From: Phoronis australis
Lineage: Eukaryota; Animalia; Phoronida
Assembly (NCBI GenBank): GCA_002633005.1
Contig: NMRA01000590.1
Location: forward strand, 54,343 to 118,342
Length of the DNA stretch: 64,000 nucleotides
Direction: 5' to 3'
In this document: positions 51,663 through 63,985 of the stretch, one piece after another
How the letters are laid out: every line of letters starts with the position of its first letter
Numbering within the stretch: the stretch's first letter is position 1
Translations under genes and position numbers: made by a program
Notes under the pieces: generated by a model
Databases searched by the model: none
Seen by the model: only the letters and a program-made list of their open reading frames with translations
Told to the model about the DNA's origin: nothing

Positions 51663-51890
51663 ATGGCCGGTCTTTCGAGTCAAACCTGGATATTAAATCT
51701 TAAAAATGTGTCAATAATTAACTTCAGAGATGTAGAAAAATACATTAGAGAACAAGTCAATGCATCAAAACGTTGTCTGACGAAAGGGTATATAAGTTTT
51801 TTCGGAAAACTAGGTTCGAAACATAGAAAGTAGATATGACCAAACTACGGCGATCGCAGTGTTACGGATTAGGTGTTATGCTGAATGCAG
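51663..51890 (+). pseudogene. Decayed N-terminus of a SWIM/nuclease-type transposon ORF
   Basis: MAGLSSQTWILNLKNV...DVEKYI...KRCLTKGY/(K)FFSEN*VRNI...IRCY. Contains a frameshift and a stop. Confidence 0.45.
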
Positions 51891-53083
51891 GGTTACGTTT
51901 CTTCTTTTAAATTGTTAATAAAGATACTTTCTACAAATTATCTGGTTGTTTTGTTGACGAGTAATAGATATATTCGACAGTGGTGGCTTATAGCATTTTG
52001 CTGTCATGTGCAATTAGTCACATCAGGTTTAAATTGTTGATCAAAAATATTAACATCAAGCATAGCCTAGGTCCTGGTGAGGTAGAGACTACCGGGACTA
52101 ACAGTTGATTTGTCATTCATCTGAAAGAATATCTGATGTTATTAAACATATTTNATGTTCAGTGATTTGCCAGTGTCTTGCTAAGTTACCGTGGCTCGAC
52201 AAAATTTGAATGGCGTGTCTTTTGCCCAGTCTGTTTTATCACGAAGCAAAATTTTTCTTTGGTTTCCCTGCAGAAGTTAAGCGATGCCCACTGGGATGCT
52301 GACTGGGCTGATACCCAGTTGCATACCTGCAACATCCGTCACGAGAATATCGGGAAAGCAGGTCCAGGTACAATATGCAGAACGTTAACTCCTATCTTGG
52401 CGACTATGCCTGTATTTTCATTGTCGCGAATTCCTACCAAGTCCTTGACCCAGTGTATATTGTAAGTTCCTGCTATTGCAGGAGAATGCCACTAAAAAAC
52501 AACGTATTTTGTATCAGTTTATATCGAGTAGTTCCATTCCATAACAGCAAGTTCAGTTCTTTTGCGTGGAAACAGATGGCAGACGGAGGTGCTGAAATTA
52601 ATCAATTACGTAATAGGTTCTAACTCAGTATGTTCAGCAGCTGATAGGCACGCTTACTGGTGTCAGCTTATCGTTGACTTTATCGCTTTACACCAATAAC
52701 TCATCAGAATTCGATGCAACACCTTTACAAATGCATTGAATTTTTAAACAAACGAGTTGTTTTAATTCGCTGTTTCGACTTAACGAAAATCTTGAGCTTA
52801 CTGTAGCAGCAATTTAAAGGCGAAGGCAACCTTTTTCCATGTCATTTTGAGCTAAAATAAGGTTGGTTGGTTATCCTAGACATATTTTCCACTTAATTAC
52901 AGCTTTTCGTAATTTTATTAATTACTAATTCCGCTACTCCGGAAGTGACGTTTTAGGAGGCAAGCATTTCGCGCCAATTTCTTTTCATATAGTCTGACTG
53001 TGAGAGATGCCGAGTCAGTCATTGTTCCACCTCGGTTGTGTTGAGTTCCGTCGTCGTTTGCTTTCATTTACTAGTCAGTCAAC

Positions 53084-53860
53084 ATGCCACACTGTTGCTG
53101 CGTACCAGGATGTACTAATTATCGGTTCACGCGCGCTTTGAGAGTACCTTTGCATCGCTTTCCGATGGATGACACAGTTCGCCGTACTTGGCTCGTTCGT
53201 GTGAAGAACGCAGCGTTATCCGTCCACGCAACGTACAAAGCAGTGGAGAATTACCGTGTGTGTGGCAAGCACTTTCTGCCGTCCGATTACGAAAGGGATT
53301 TGTACACTGAACTGATGAAGGTCCCTGCGAAACAACGTCTGAAGAAGGATGCCATTCCGTCTGTGTTGATTCCCGGCAGTGCCCCGTCGCCACCCCCGAG
53401 AAGTGCGTTTTTGAAGCGAGCTGTGGCCAGTACAGTGATTGGAGCCAGTGGAGGCACTTCATCTACTGTCACCCGTGCCTCCGAACGTACCCCAGAGCGT
53501 GCAATTCTTGGAACCAGTAGTGATTCGCCCTGTGCTGTTTTCTCCAGCCCAGAGCCTCTAAGCAGCCCTGCAGCAATATTGAGTAGTGGGAGTGATTACA
53601 GGCACAGTTCGACACCCAGTGAAGAGGACAGTTCGTCGTCCAGTGAACAGATCGGTGAGCCAAACTTTGATAAGTTTATCGTGGACTTGTCTAAAGTGTT
53701 GGAGCTATTTAGAAGGTGCCAGGTGTGTGACGAGGGAGTCACACGACACGGTGTAAGCAGTTTGGGTGCTCAGGTCACCATCCAGTGGGAGTGTGGGACA
53801 CTCTGGCAAGTGGGACAGTTGTTCTTCTGTCCGTGGTCGGTATGCCGTAGGTCCACTTAA
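53084..53860 (+). CDS. THAP-domain N-terminal part of a Kolobok transposase (truncated, catalytic domain missing)
   Basis: MPHCCCVPGC...HRFP...W...RVCGKHF...LKKDAIPSV is a complete THAP domain. It continues KFIVDLSKVLELFRRCQVC. Correcting a frameshift at about 53796 gives CGHSGKWDS. Confidence 0.85.
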   Translation: MPHCCCVPGCTNYRFTRALRVPLHRFPMDDTVRRTWLVRVKNAALSVHATYKAVENYRVCGKHFLPSDYERDLYTELMKVPAKQRLKKDAIPSVLIPGSAPSPPPRSAFLKRAVASTVIGASGGTSSTVTRASERTPERAILGTSSDSPCAVFSSPEPLSSPAAILSSGSDYRHSSTPSEEDSSSSSEQIGEPNFDKFIVDLSKVLELFRRCQVCDEGVTRHGVSSLGAQVTIQWECGTLWQVGQLFFCPWSVCRRST

Positions 53861-53861
53861 C

Positions 53862-54164
53862 CATATCCAGTAGTGGCTTGGCCTCGTCGAACTCTGAACA
53901 GCACAAGCATTCCATTGAGGTAGGCATAACAACGCACTCAGAGCATTTGCACCAAGATGTGTCACCACGTCTGTCCTCAGTAGCCGCCTCGTTTCTCTCA
54001 ACAGCTGCCTGTGGCTGTGCGTACTCTGCCTCGTTATACTCGGGCTCAAACATGTACCCACCCACTGAATGTCCGTGAAAAAATTCCTCGTCACCACTGC
54101 TGTGAACAAGGTGTCCGTCACTCATACTACTGTTACTGTGATACGGGTCACCGACTCCAGCCAT
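53862..54164 (-). pseudogene. KolX-type Cys-rich protein (P2X7 C-terminal 'ballast'-like domain), 3'-truncated
   Basis: GYMFEPEY...RRGDTSWCKCSECVVMPTSMECLCCSE, which is the WCxCxxC..MPT..ECLCCxE motif. Confidence 0.85.
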
Positions 54165-55149
54165 TTTCAGCTTACACCACACTAAACAATCCCTAAATCC
54201 AACGTAGTTGGGTTCTCTACTAACCTATCTTGCCGCAGAATACTCGCCGATGGAAAGTGGAAGCGACAATTGTTGAAAAACAGCACAAAACAAAAGTAGA
54301 ATAGAACAGATTCGAACGGTAAAGTCAACGCAAAACCAAGTGGCGGGAAACGCTTGCCTCCTAAAATGTCACTTCCGGAGTAGTACAAAATTACGAAAAG
54401 CTGTAATTAAGTGGAAAATATGTCTAGGATAACCAACCAACCTTATTTTAGCTCAAAATGACATGTAAAGAGGTCGCCTTTAATTTGGTAGGCCAACCTA
54501 CCGAGGTCGGTAGTTTAGATATGTTCGGTGATAAATTAGAATCATTCTTCTCTGAAATACAGACAAGAGAGCATAGCCGTGTGTTGTAATTTGAGTCTTA
54601 CGAATATTTTTAGCTTAACACAAAACGCTCGTTGTAACCCGGGGGCTCAGAATCCGATCAGGCACGTCACCGGCGGTGGGACTGGAGACATCATGAACAT
54701 AAATCAATCGTGTTAGTCGGCTGTCAAATTTAAAAATTAAACTTCCAGTCACGAAAAGACTTGACCAGTGAACCAAATAGATAATGTGTACTTGAACATT
54801 TTGGTAAAAACGCCACAAAATTGCAAATCTACTTACACGTCGTTTGCCGCGAAGCCAGGTTTCCCTTCCACAAAACCCGGCCGTACGTAGCAAACGGTGT
54901 ATAATAACAATTTTATCAAAATACGTATATATAACTAAATAAAGACTCCCCTAACGTCTGATCATACCATATAAGAGTTTTCAGTCATCAAACACTGAAA
55001 TACATGTAGCATGCGTTTTACTGTATCTGAAGCAGTATGATTTATTCATTGTTAGTTACTCAAAACATTTGCACTCGTCACTCTAAATGCATTACAAATT
55101 GTGTCTACTGTGACAGTCTTTCGAGACACTTTGTTCCAGTTTCATTAAG

Positions 55150-55336
55150 CATTGCTCATTTTGAAACAAAACAATGCCGGCAAATTTACGGCCTCATACT
55201 TGGTATCAACGGCGTAGCTTTCATTCTTTACTGCCGCAAACCACTTCCAAAGCATTTGGAGTTCTCGAGAATAAACGATATACCCACTTTCCTTGCATTT
55301 TCATAGTTCACAAGCGGGAGCGATACGCCACACCAT
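55150..55336 (-). pseudogene. Decayed THAP domain of an older transposon
   Basis: MVWRIAPAC...QMLWKWFAAVKNESYAVDTKYEAV aligns by eye with TWLVRVKNAALSVHATYKAV of the 53084 THAP. A CTCCT|TTAA end lies at about 55495. Confidence 0.55.
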
Positions 55337-55873
55337 AGCGGCACACAGTGAGCTGAAGAACCACTGACGCCGCTGCGTTTTGTACACAAGTTAACGCAAC
55401 ACACGTCGGGAGGTGAGACCGACCGTATAGAAGGTGATGTGGATAAAGAACGATTAAGACTGTAAAAAAACAAATAAATCAGATGGCATACTCCTTTAAG
55501 CCCATTAATATAAGCAAAAACACCACAAAGGTTGATCGATGGCTTCTTTAGGGGATTTATAGCTGTTTAGCTATGTGAAGGGATCGCTAACTACATGTAC
55601 GTGTAACTGGTTGCGTTGTTGTATTGTCGTGACAGTTGGGAAGCTCTATTACTTGCAGTGATATCAGCCTGGTACACCGTGTCAAAATTGCCTAGCGATA
55701 CCCAGCTTTCTGCATCTGCGAGGGGAATGCTTGGACTATAGATTCCAGCACCTACCCGGTCATGTTTCATTTATAGCCTCCGTGTAACAAACCACCTCAT
55801 TCTTGTGTTTTGCTGTAAGGCATCCATGACCAATCTTTGTGAAGAAATTATTTGTATGATTTAAAGCTGCCAA

Positions 55874-56830
55874 CTAGATATCACTATGCATGTGCAACAG
55901 TTGCCCAGTTCTAGTCATTGACTTATTATTGCACACGTTCCTGTGATTTCTGTATTCAACAAAATCAGGGATGTTAGTTTTCACCCACTGAATATTATGT
56001 CTGAGACAAAGCGCTGAATATTTGACTTCGCTCTCAAGGTATATGCACCGTAGGTCTAGACCGATTGCCAATTTTAGGGTTGTAAAAGGCCATCCTGGAA
56101 AAGCAGACGTTGCTAGATGTTGCATCTGACTAATTTTGTTGATAACTGTACTCTGTTTCAACGCTGTCACCCATACTGACATAGCATATTGCAGTATAGG
56201 TCGGATGACGGCAGTGTACATGTAAATCCAGGACATACATGTATCCTTAGGAGACTTTCCCCAAGTTTTACGCAGCGCACGGCATCATCTCACCAGCACA
56301 GTTTTGACTTTCGATATTTTTGTAATATGCGGAATAAAGGAAAGCGATGGCTTAAAATGACACTTGGGTTGCCTTGTCTAAAAATCAAGAGGTTTGCCAT
56401 TCGTTAAAGGCAGCACTGACCATTTACGTTTCCAGGTAACCATGCTGTAACTACCTTTGTTCTTCTGCCGCTAATTTCTAAGCCAACTGACTTAGCCCAT
56501 GTGACTACTTTATTCAGTGCTTTTTAGGCAAGCTAGCAACATGTGTCAAGAATGATGCTGGACACACTGAGAACATTATCGTGTGTATAGACTTCATAAT
56601 ACAGACGTGGACCTATGTCCACCGATGAATGTCGAAGTAGGCCACCCATAACAATGTTGAAGAGGAAGGTGAAGATCCGTCATCATGAATTTTTCCTCTG
56701 GTGATGAGAGCCGCCACACCGGCACCCTCAAGACAAGCAGTCACGTATTAGTTACCGAGCGTACATGTATTAATAACCCATCTGGTTATGATCACGTTGC
56801 CTTTGAACTACGATGAGTTGGATTTTGAAA
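55874..56830 (-). mobile_element. Decayed LINE RT fragment (LOA/R1/I-group-like)
   Basis: WGKSPK..MSWIY(MY)TAVIRPILQYAMSVW, plus degenerate G.PQGG.LSP and YADD-like segments at about 56720 and 56585. Confidence 0.7.
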
Positions 56831-58608
56831 CAATACACGTATCAGTACTGCTAATGTTTACCTTTTGAAGCAATGTGTTCATTGCCAAATTTCTATACAA
56901 AGTCCTACACTGTTAACAATGTAATGAAAATATTTCAACCATGGGTTGTTGCCCATTTTTGTCTATCAACAATTCTTGTCTGCAAACTTCAACTTGTAGT
57001 TATTGGTTGATTAAACGTTTTAAAAGACACTGCTTCAGGAATTTTTGATGAAGAATATAATTGTATCAGTTAATGTACTAAGACAAATAATTTTGGATGA
57101 ATATCTGACTAAATTCTTCACAGAAGCTGTGTCTTTTCCTGTAAGAATCTTTTGAATCATTGAAACTTTATGCTGGTTTAATTGGTTATTTCTAGAACTG
57201 TACTTTTATTTCCGTTTTGTTATAATGAGAGCCTAAATCAATTGGCATTGCGAAATAATTAATTGACTAACTAGTACACTAATCATCGAATTAGTGCATG
57301 AATGGTTTCATTCTTTTACGCATTTATTTGTAATACTCTTGTTTTTTTGAGACCTCTCAGGTATGTAAAATTATAATTTTTCAAAAAGTAATACACATTA
57401 TTTATGTTTTGCGTCAGTAACAACCTTGCGTTATAGCTAATAAAGAGATTTCTAAGGACGACACTCTTATGCAATTCAACTAAAACGGCGTAGTTGAGAA
57501 CAGTTTTATGAACAGTAAAGAAGGGGACACATCCTCTTGTGTTACAATATATTAGTTATTTTTTTAACCTACAGGTAGGTATACAATTTTGGTGTCGCGC
57601 TAGAGCTCGGAAGGTGGTTGATCATCAGGGGATTTCTTAAGGTAACTGTAAACTTTAGATGTTCTTGCAATACATGTACGTCTAGATGAATAGCAGCTAC
57701 ATGTAGTTAGCGGCAGTAAGCACGGGTTTCTTCCCCTATTGTAAGCAGACAATCCTACGTTTGACAGTGTTTGAGGCCATAAGAACTCAAATTGACCAGT
57801 AAATATAGATGGAATTTGTCATAACAGTTCTAAACAAATTTCGTTTGTACTAAACAAACAGTCCATCACTAGCTTCATGTGCAGTTCAGGAAAGACGCGG
57901 GAAAGACGAAAGCAAGCAGGAGCCACGCATGCGCGCGCGGAATTCCATGTCTATAGTTCTATGGTGAGACTGATGAAGTGAAATACATGCACACTGTTTT
58001 TCATAAATGTACAGTATTTTAGCCACCTAATACGACACTGGTGGCAAATGGAGTCTTGAAGCTTTTCCGCAGAAAGCACAATTAAAGTTTTGAGATATCC
58101 TCAATACAATGTCATTCATCAATAAAATGCCGAATTAAGTCCTATTAATAAACGGAAAAAAGTATTTGTGGACAGCTTCTTCATTTTTATAAAAAATGAC
58201 CGAAACTATTGTGGCCAGGGCAGTTAGAAAAACTGAAATGGCAGAGGGAATGGGTAATGGCTAGAGTAAAAACCGTTATAACTTCTAACAGCAAATTGAA
58301 GCAAATGGACAGGAGTTGAACTCTTCGTACAAAAATTTGTTAACATGGATTGATCAATTTAATTAGGAAAACCCCGGAACATTCATCGGACCACATTAAT
58401 TCCTCATGTTGAATGGAATGATTGACACTTGGGCCACGCCTAATAAACTGCACCTGATGACCCATCCAGTGAAGTGCATTGTAAATCAAATTGTTGAACT
58501 GGAAAATATTCACAAAATTGAAATTCTGCATGTAGAACCTCGGAGGTATTTGAGGTGTTGCAAATACCCAAAATGTTTAACGCCCATAGAGACAATTGTA
58601 AGTCCAAT

Positions 58609-59894
58609 CTAGAAAGTTTATTGTCACGGCGTGACAATAACGGACTCTGCGCGTGCGTATTACTGGAATTATTATGGAAAGCTACTGACAGCAACCCATT
58701 TACCAATATGAAAAGGAATTCATTAAAATTGTAGGAGAAATTACACATTATTTTTTTGATGACCTTTCCACTTATTGACCTCTTCCGGTGCATTATGAGC
58801 CCCGATCAGGGAATAATTGTAAACTCGATTTAAAGTGTGGCTAATACTTAGAATCACAGATGTTTTACTTTAAGCACTTCAGAATACAATTCGAATAAAT
58901 TGGTCAAATTGTTCAGAAGAAAAATGCACCTAAAGACCCCAAGGGTGCACCAAATGACCTGAAAATTTAGAATTCAAACTCAATCGCATATAGTAAACAG
59001 ATATGTAATTTTGAAGTCTCTAGCTCAAAATTTTAGTTTGCACTCTATGACCTTTGACCTATTTTTTGATTGGTTAGGCCTATTGCGAAGTAAAGTAGGG
59101 TATTCAATTGCCATGTTGACTTACACCAGTGTGCTGAAATTGAAAAGAATTCCTTGAAAAACGTAAGAGATATAACATTTTGAACGTTACACGACCTTAG
59201 CACTAATTGACCTTATCCGGTGCAGTTTGAGCATCTTTAGGAGAATTGTTGCAAGGCCCATGGAAAATGTGTTTAACGCTGAGAATCACAGTTGTCTAAC
59301 AGTTGACACATCACAATACTTGCTGATTGAAAAGGTCAAATTTTCAGAAGAAAAATGCACCTAATGACCCCATGTTTGCACTAAATGACCTGAAACTTTA
59401 AATTCCGATTTGATTTACCTGTGTCAATCAGACCTGTCAATTTGAAGTGTCTACCTAAAAATTTTAGTTTGCACCTAATGACCTTTGACCTATTTCACCT
59501 GATTGGATGACCCAATTACTTAGAAAAGTAATTTTTTAAATTGTCATGTTGACTTATACCTGTGCACCGAATTCGAAAAAGATAGCTTTAAAACTGAAGG
59601 AGGAGTAGCATTTTGAAAATTATATGACCTTTGCACCAAACGACCTTTTCCGGTGCAATATGGAATATGATCATATAACCAATCAAAATTTATATACCGT
59701 CAAAAATGATATGCTGAATTTAAAGACCGTACCTGCACCCAATTTGGAGGTATTAAGCCTCAAAGTTGGTCGGAGGAAGAATAATAAGAAGAATAAGAAG
59801 AATAAGAAGAATAAGAAGAATAATAAGAATAAGAATAAAATTGAAGAAAACCCAGGAACAACAGTTCTCTGCGCTTACACGCGCAGAGTAATAA
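58609..59894 (-). mobile_element. Non-autonomous Helentron/HINE-like element with a ~430-bp internal tandem array
   Basis: One end has CTAG, hairpin TTATTGTCAC-GGC-GTGACAATAA (58618-58640) and subTIR ACTCTGCGCGTG. The other end has an (AAGAATAAT)n microsatellite and palindrome CTCTGCGC-TTACAC-GCGCAGAG containing the inverted subTIR. CCGGTGCA recurs at about 58786, 59217 and 59650. Confidence 0.75.
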
Positions 59895-59897
59895 GAA

Positions 59898-61579
59898 CTA
59901 GAACGCAATTACGTATGCGCACTTACAACTTTGCGCGTGGTGTAGGCACATGTAGAATGGAGTACAGGCGCATTACATTGCATAGAAGTTGCATCTTTTG
60001 TGTGAAAGAGAGAGATGTCCCTGGTAACTATGAAAGACCAAGAGTGTAAAGTTAGATTATCAAGAGAAAACTGCACTTAATGACCCCACAGTTGCACCTA
60101 ATGACCCTAAAATTTGTAAATGAATATCCTTTGCGAATGAAAATGATATACATGATTATGTAAAGTCTAGCTCAAAAATCTCTTTTGCACTTACTGACCT
60201 TTCTCCCAGAAAGTTGGTTCAGTTAATCAGATCGAAATTCCAAGTAAGTTGTGGGTGCTCTTATATGGCACCAAGCTGCTCACGAAATTTAAAAGGCAAT
60301 CTCAAAAATCGCAGAAGGAGAAGCACTTCAAAGAATTATAATGGTTGACCCTTTTGCGGTGATATAGTGCATTTTGGGTCATTAAACGTATTATCAATAG
60401 AATTTGATCGGCAATTGGTTGAACCACCATGAATTTGAACGCTCTTCCTTATGCATCATTTAAGTACAAGCTGATTAAAAAGTCTTAAATTTTACACAAA
60501 ACTACATTTAGTGACCCCAAAGTTGCACCTAATGACCCCAAAGTTTGTGACTAAACTTCCTTTATGAATTGTAAACATATGCATGATTATGAAACCTGAA
60601 GCTCAAAAATCACTCTTGCACTTAATGAACTTTGACCCGGAAACTCGGTTCCTATGATTCGACTGGAATTCCAAGTAAATTTGGGATGCAGACCTCTAGT
60701 GCCTTCTTGCTATCAAAATTTGAGGAATCTACATGTATCTAAAAACCTGTAGAAGGAGAAGCAATTCGACGGAATGCACTCCTTGACCCTTTTTGGGGCA
60801 ATCCGGTGCATTTTGAGTCAAATCCATGCTATCAATAGAATTTGATCGGCAATTGGTTGAACCACCATGAATTTGAACGCTCTCACTAATCCATCAGTTA
60901 AGTACAAGATGATTGAAAGTCTTAAATTTAACAGAAAAGTGCACTTAATGACCCCAAAGTTGCACCCAGTGAACCCAAAGTTTGTGACTGAACTTCCTTT
61001 ACGAATGGTAATCATATGCATGATTATGAAAGGTCTAGCTCAAAAATCAATTTTGCACTTAATGACCTTTGACCCGGAAACTCGGTTCCCTTGGTCCGAG
61101 TTGAAATCCGTGCAAATTTCTGATGCACTTCTTTAGTCCCTACTTGTTAACAAAATTCGAAGAGTCTATCTACAAAACTCTAAAAGAAGAAGCATTTTGA
61201 AAAAATGCACTAATTGACCCGTTTCAAGTCATCCTAGTGCATTTAGTGTTGCAAAAATATTATCAATATAAATTCCTTAACTTTGTTATCAATAACAATG
61301 ACTATTATTGTTCTATATGAATGAATGTAAGAGTAATACCAATATAAAAAGGAAGGAAGAATAAGAATAATAATAAGAAGAATAAGATAAAATACGTAGA
61401 ACAGTAAATCTCTGCGCTTGCACGCGCAGAGTAACAATAATAAGAAAAAGAATAAGAATAAAATTGAAGAAAACCCAGGAACAACAGTACTCTGCGCTTG
61501 CACGAGCAGAGTAATAAGAATAAAATTAAAGAAAACTCAGGAACAACAGTACTCTGCGCTTACACGCGCAGAGTAATAA
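59898..61579 (-). mobile_element. Second, abutting Helentron/HINE-like element with a ~435-bp array and a triplicated end
   Basis: Starts CTAGAA...ACTTTGCGCGTG. Repeat units at about 60368, 60803 and 61233. The terminal palindrome occurs three times (about 61410, 61489 and 61551). Confidence 0.75.
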
Positions 61580-63689
61580 ATAGCTCATGCCATTTTAAAG
61601 AGGACTTAGCACTACTTCATAAAAAATTCTTTAAATGAATAAGGTTCGGGATAATCGAAAATTAGTTTTTGCTTTGAACACAACGACTAGATCACGGTAA
61701 AGGTATTGATGCCTGGAATAAAAACACAAAAATTTATCAAAATCGCACGGGGCATTCTCCATTTTCTGTCGAGTGTTGACTAACTTTTTTGATCAGGTCG
61801 GCCATCTTCGATTACCACGAACTTGTGTTTATAAATTGTTTTCACAAATCCCTTGCACCATAATTTAATGATACCTATATTAACCTACAGGGTGTACCAT
61901 ACTGTACGATTCAAGAGTTTTTACCTGAGCTTTTGACCACTCAGATGTTACCTATTGAGTACACGTAGACTGTTCAAAAATAACCTTGGACGTGTCACAT
62001 TTCCAGTGGCAAAGACAAACAGTCGACTGGGATGAACTAAATGACATCGGTGAAAAATTAACTAGGATGCATTTGTTGCCACTCTGCGACCAAAAGAAGC
62101 TGCGTACAAATTTCCGGTGTCTGTCTGAAAACTATAAGAATAAATGTAAATTTTCAATGTGAAGAGGCCATTCAAATGATCTTGCATTGTGCTAAAAACC
62201 TTGAAAAATGTTGAGAACCATGTTTTGTTTGAAGGTCCAAACTTTTGTTCAATGTATGTGACATAAATTTTGTTGAATTGTAAGTATAAATTGTGCATTT
62301 GATTCATGTTTTGTAACTTGTTATTTTCAACTGCAGATTGCATTAAGGCAAGGAAATATAAAAAATCTGATTTACCGTAACTTGCTACACCGAGTCGCCA
62401 TGGTAACATGTTTCTGTTGTTTGTTTTGTCGAAATGTTCCTAAGCACATTTTATGTTAGTTAATGTGTGAAATAGTAGTTAGGAACTTTACTGTGCTGAG
62501 ATCACTTCAGTTTTATCTGGCTAAAAGTTTGAAACCCCTATGTCTAATATTTTCAACTGATGCCATCGGAAGGAATGTCACATTAAGTGACACCACAGGC
62601 GTCATCAGCTTCCGATGGTCCCCAATATACTAGTAGCATTATGTAACGATTGTCAGGTAAGTTGGACGTTATCAGGGCACATCGAGCAGTTACCAGCTGA
62701 CGCGGGGGTGGGCACAGGTAACATATATGAACGATGAACGGTCTTCAAATTACTAACTGTCGTTGGTGGTTCAGCGCATGTGATAATCTATCGAAGACAT
62801 GCATGTGCCATCGCTTGCTGAATAGAAACATTTTGGTTAATCAAAGATGTGGTATTCATACATGTTATGAGAAATGGACTAAAATCTAGCTCGGGTATCA
62901 AAGTAATCAAGCAGAAATGACGTAGAGTTTGTTTCAGTGAGGAGTAAGTTCACAACGTCAATTCTCGGGCAGATGGCCAGTAAAACGTTCAATATTAAAA
63001 ACAAAACGCTGCACTTCACTTCATATGGACGTTCCGGTATTAATCAGAATTGTCATTGGGATTCGATCATTAATGAATCAACGAAATTCCTTTCCAAATC
63101 CTTTTTATTCCATCTTAACAGCATCATATTCCAATTATATAGAATTAGCTGAAACAGAAGATCTTGGATATTATACATCTGTATACATTGATTAGGATAG
63201 TGCCGATATTCTTAGTTTCTGATAATTATAATTCCTGTATTGCATATAAAATGCAATAATCAAACAACAAGTGTTATATAGTCTGAGCTTTGTTTTTACC
63301 TGATTATATAATAAAAGCGTATCATATGTTATAGTTTGCGGTTTTAAAAACCAAGATTTTGTCAAGTTCATAAAAATTGACCCTCAGCATATACCAAGAA
63401 CTGGTGGTGGCCATTTCGGTTGGGTAGTTACCAAAATTTCAAACACATGAACGCAATTTGATATAGAGACTGTGTTTTGAAAGCGTAAGATGAAGTTCAA
63501 CGATTGTGAGTCTTGCCCAAAATTGCATTCATGAAGTTCACTTGTTTCAATTTAGCCTGAACGAAATGGAAGGGTATTTTGTAAATTACGTGATTCAAAT
63601 TGAAGAAACCTGGTCAAGAAAGCATCCCAGTTACTCTAACGCGATAAATGAAAAAGAACTCAACGTATTAACGTTCAACAATAACTTGA

Positions 63690-63886
63690 TTAAGCCGTTG
63701 CAGTGTAAACTGGGTTGTCTTTTCCCGCAAAGACGACATGCTTCTTCGCCTGTGCTCCAAAGTAGGCAGCGACGCCAATGGTGAGCACGAGAAGCACAGC
63801 CAGAACAACCACAACCACAAAGAAGACGGTGTTGCTGGTGTATCCGGTGCAAATAGGTCGCGAGCCTGTTTTAATATCCTCATTTT
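63690..63886 (-). CDS. Last coding exon of a single-pass (type I) membrane protein with an NPxY motif
   Basis: ccctatttcAG| (phase 1). TVFFVVVVVLAVLLVLTIGVAAYFG transmembrane helix, basic KK stop-transfer, then FAGKDNPVYTATA*. The rest of the gene lies beyond the window. Confidence 0.8.
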
Positions 63887-63985
63887 CTGAAATAGGGATA
63901 CAGAGAAGAAAAAAATAAGTTGTACCAGGGCTTGGTCTTCCGTCTAAGCATAATGACATAAAGAGGACAACTGCACTGAATAAGC

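Larger units (their letters stand above)
52818..54479. mobile_element. Kolobok DNA transposon, internally deleted (1662 bp)
   Basis: TTAA TSD (52814-52817 and 54480-54483), AGG...CCT ends and ~150-bp near-identical TIRs. Contains a THAP ORF and a Cys-rich ORF in convergent orientation. Confidence 0.9.

Noticed and set aside
57967-57980. CTGATGA-AGT-GAAA hammerhead-like core
   Set aside because: No stem II, and I could not form stems I/III or find a cleavage triplet.
59624-60049. 141-aa ORF with a poly-K/N tract
   Set aside because: Translation of the AAGAATAAT microsatellite and an element junction.
61243-61503. Hydrophobic multi-TM-looking ORF
   Set aside because: Reverse-strand read of the AAG/AAT microsatellite and terminal repeats.
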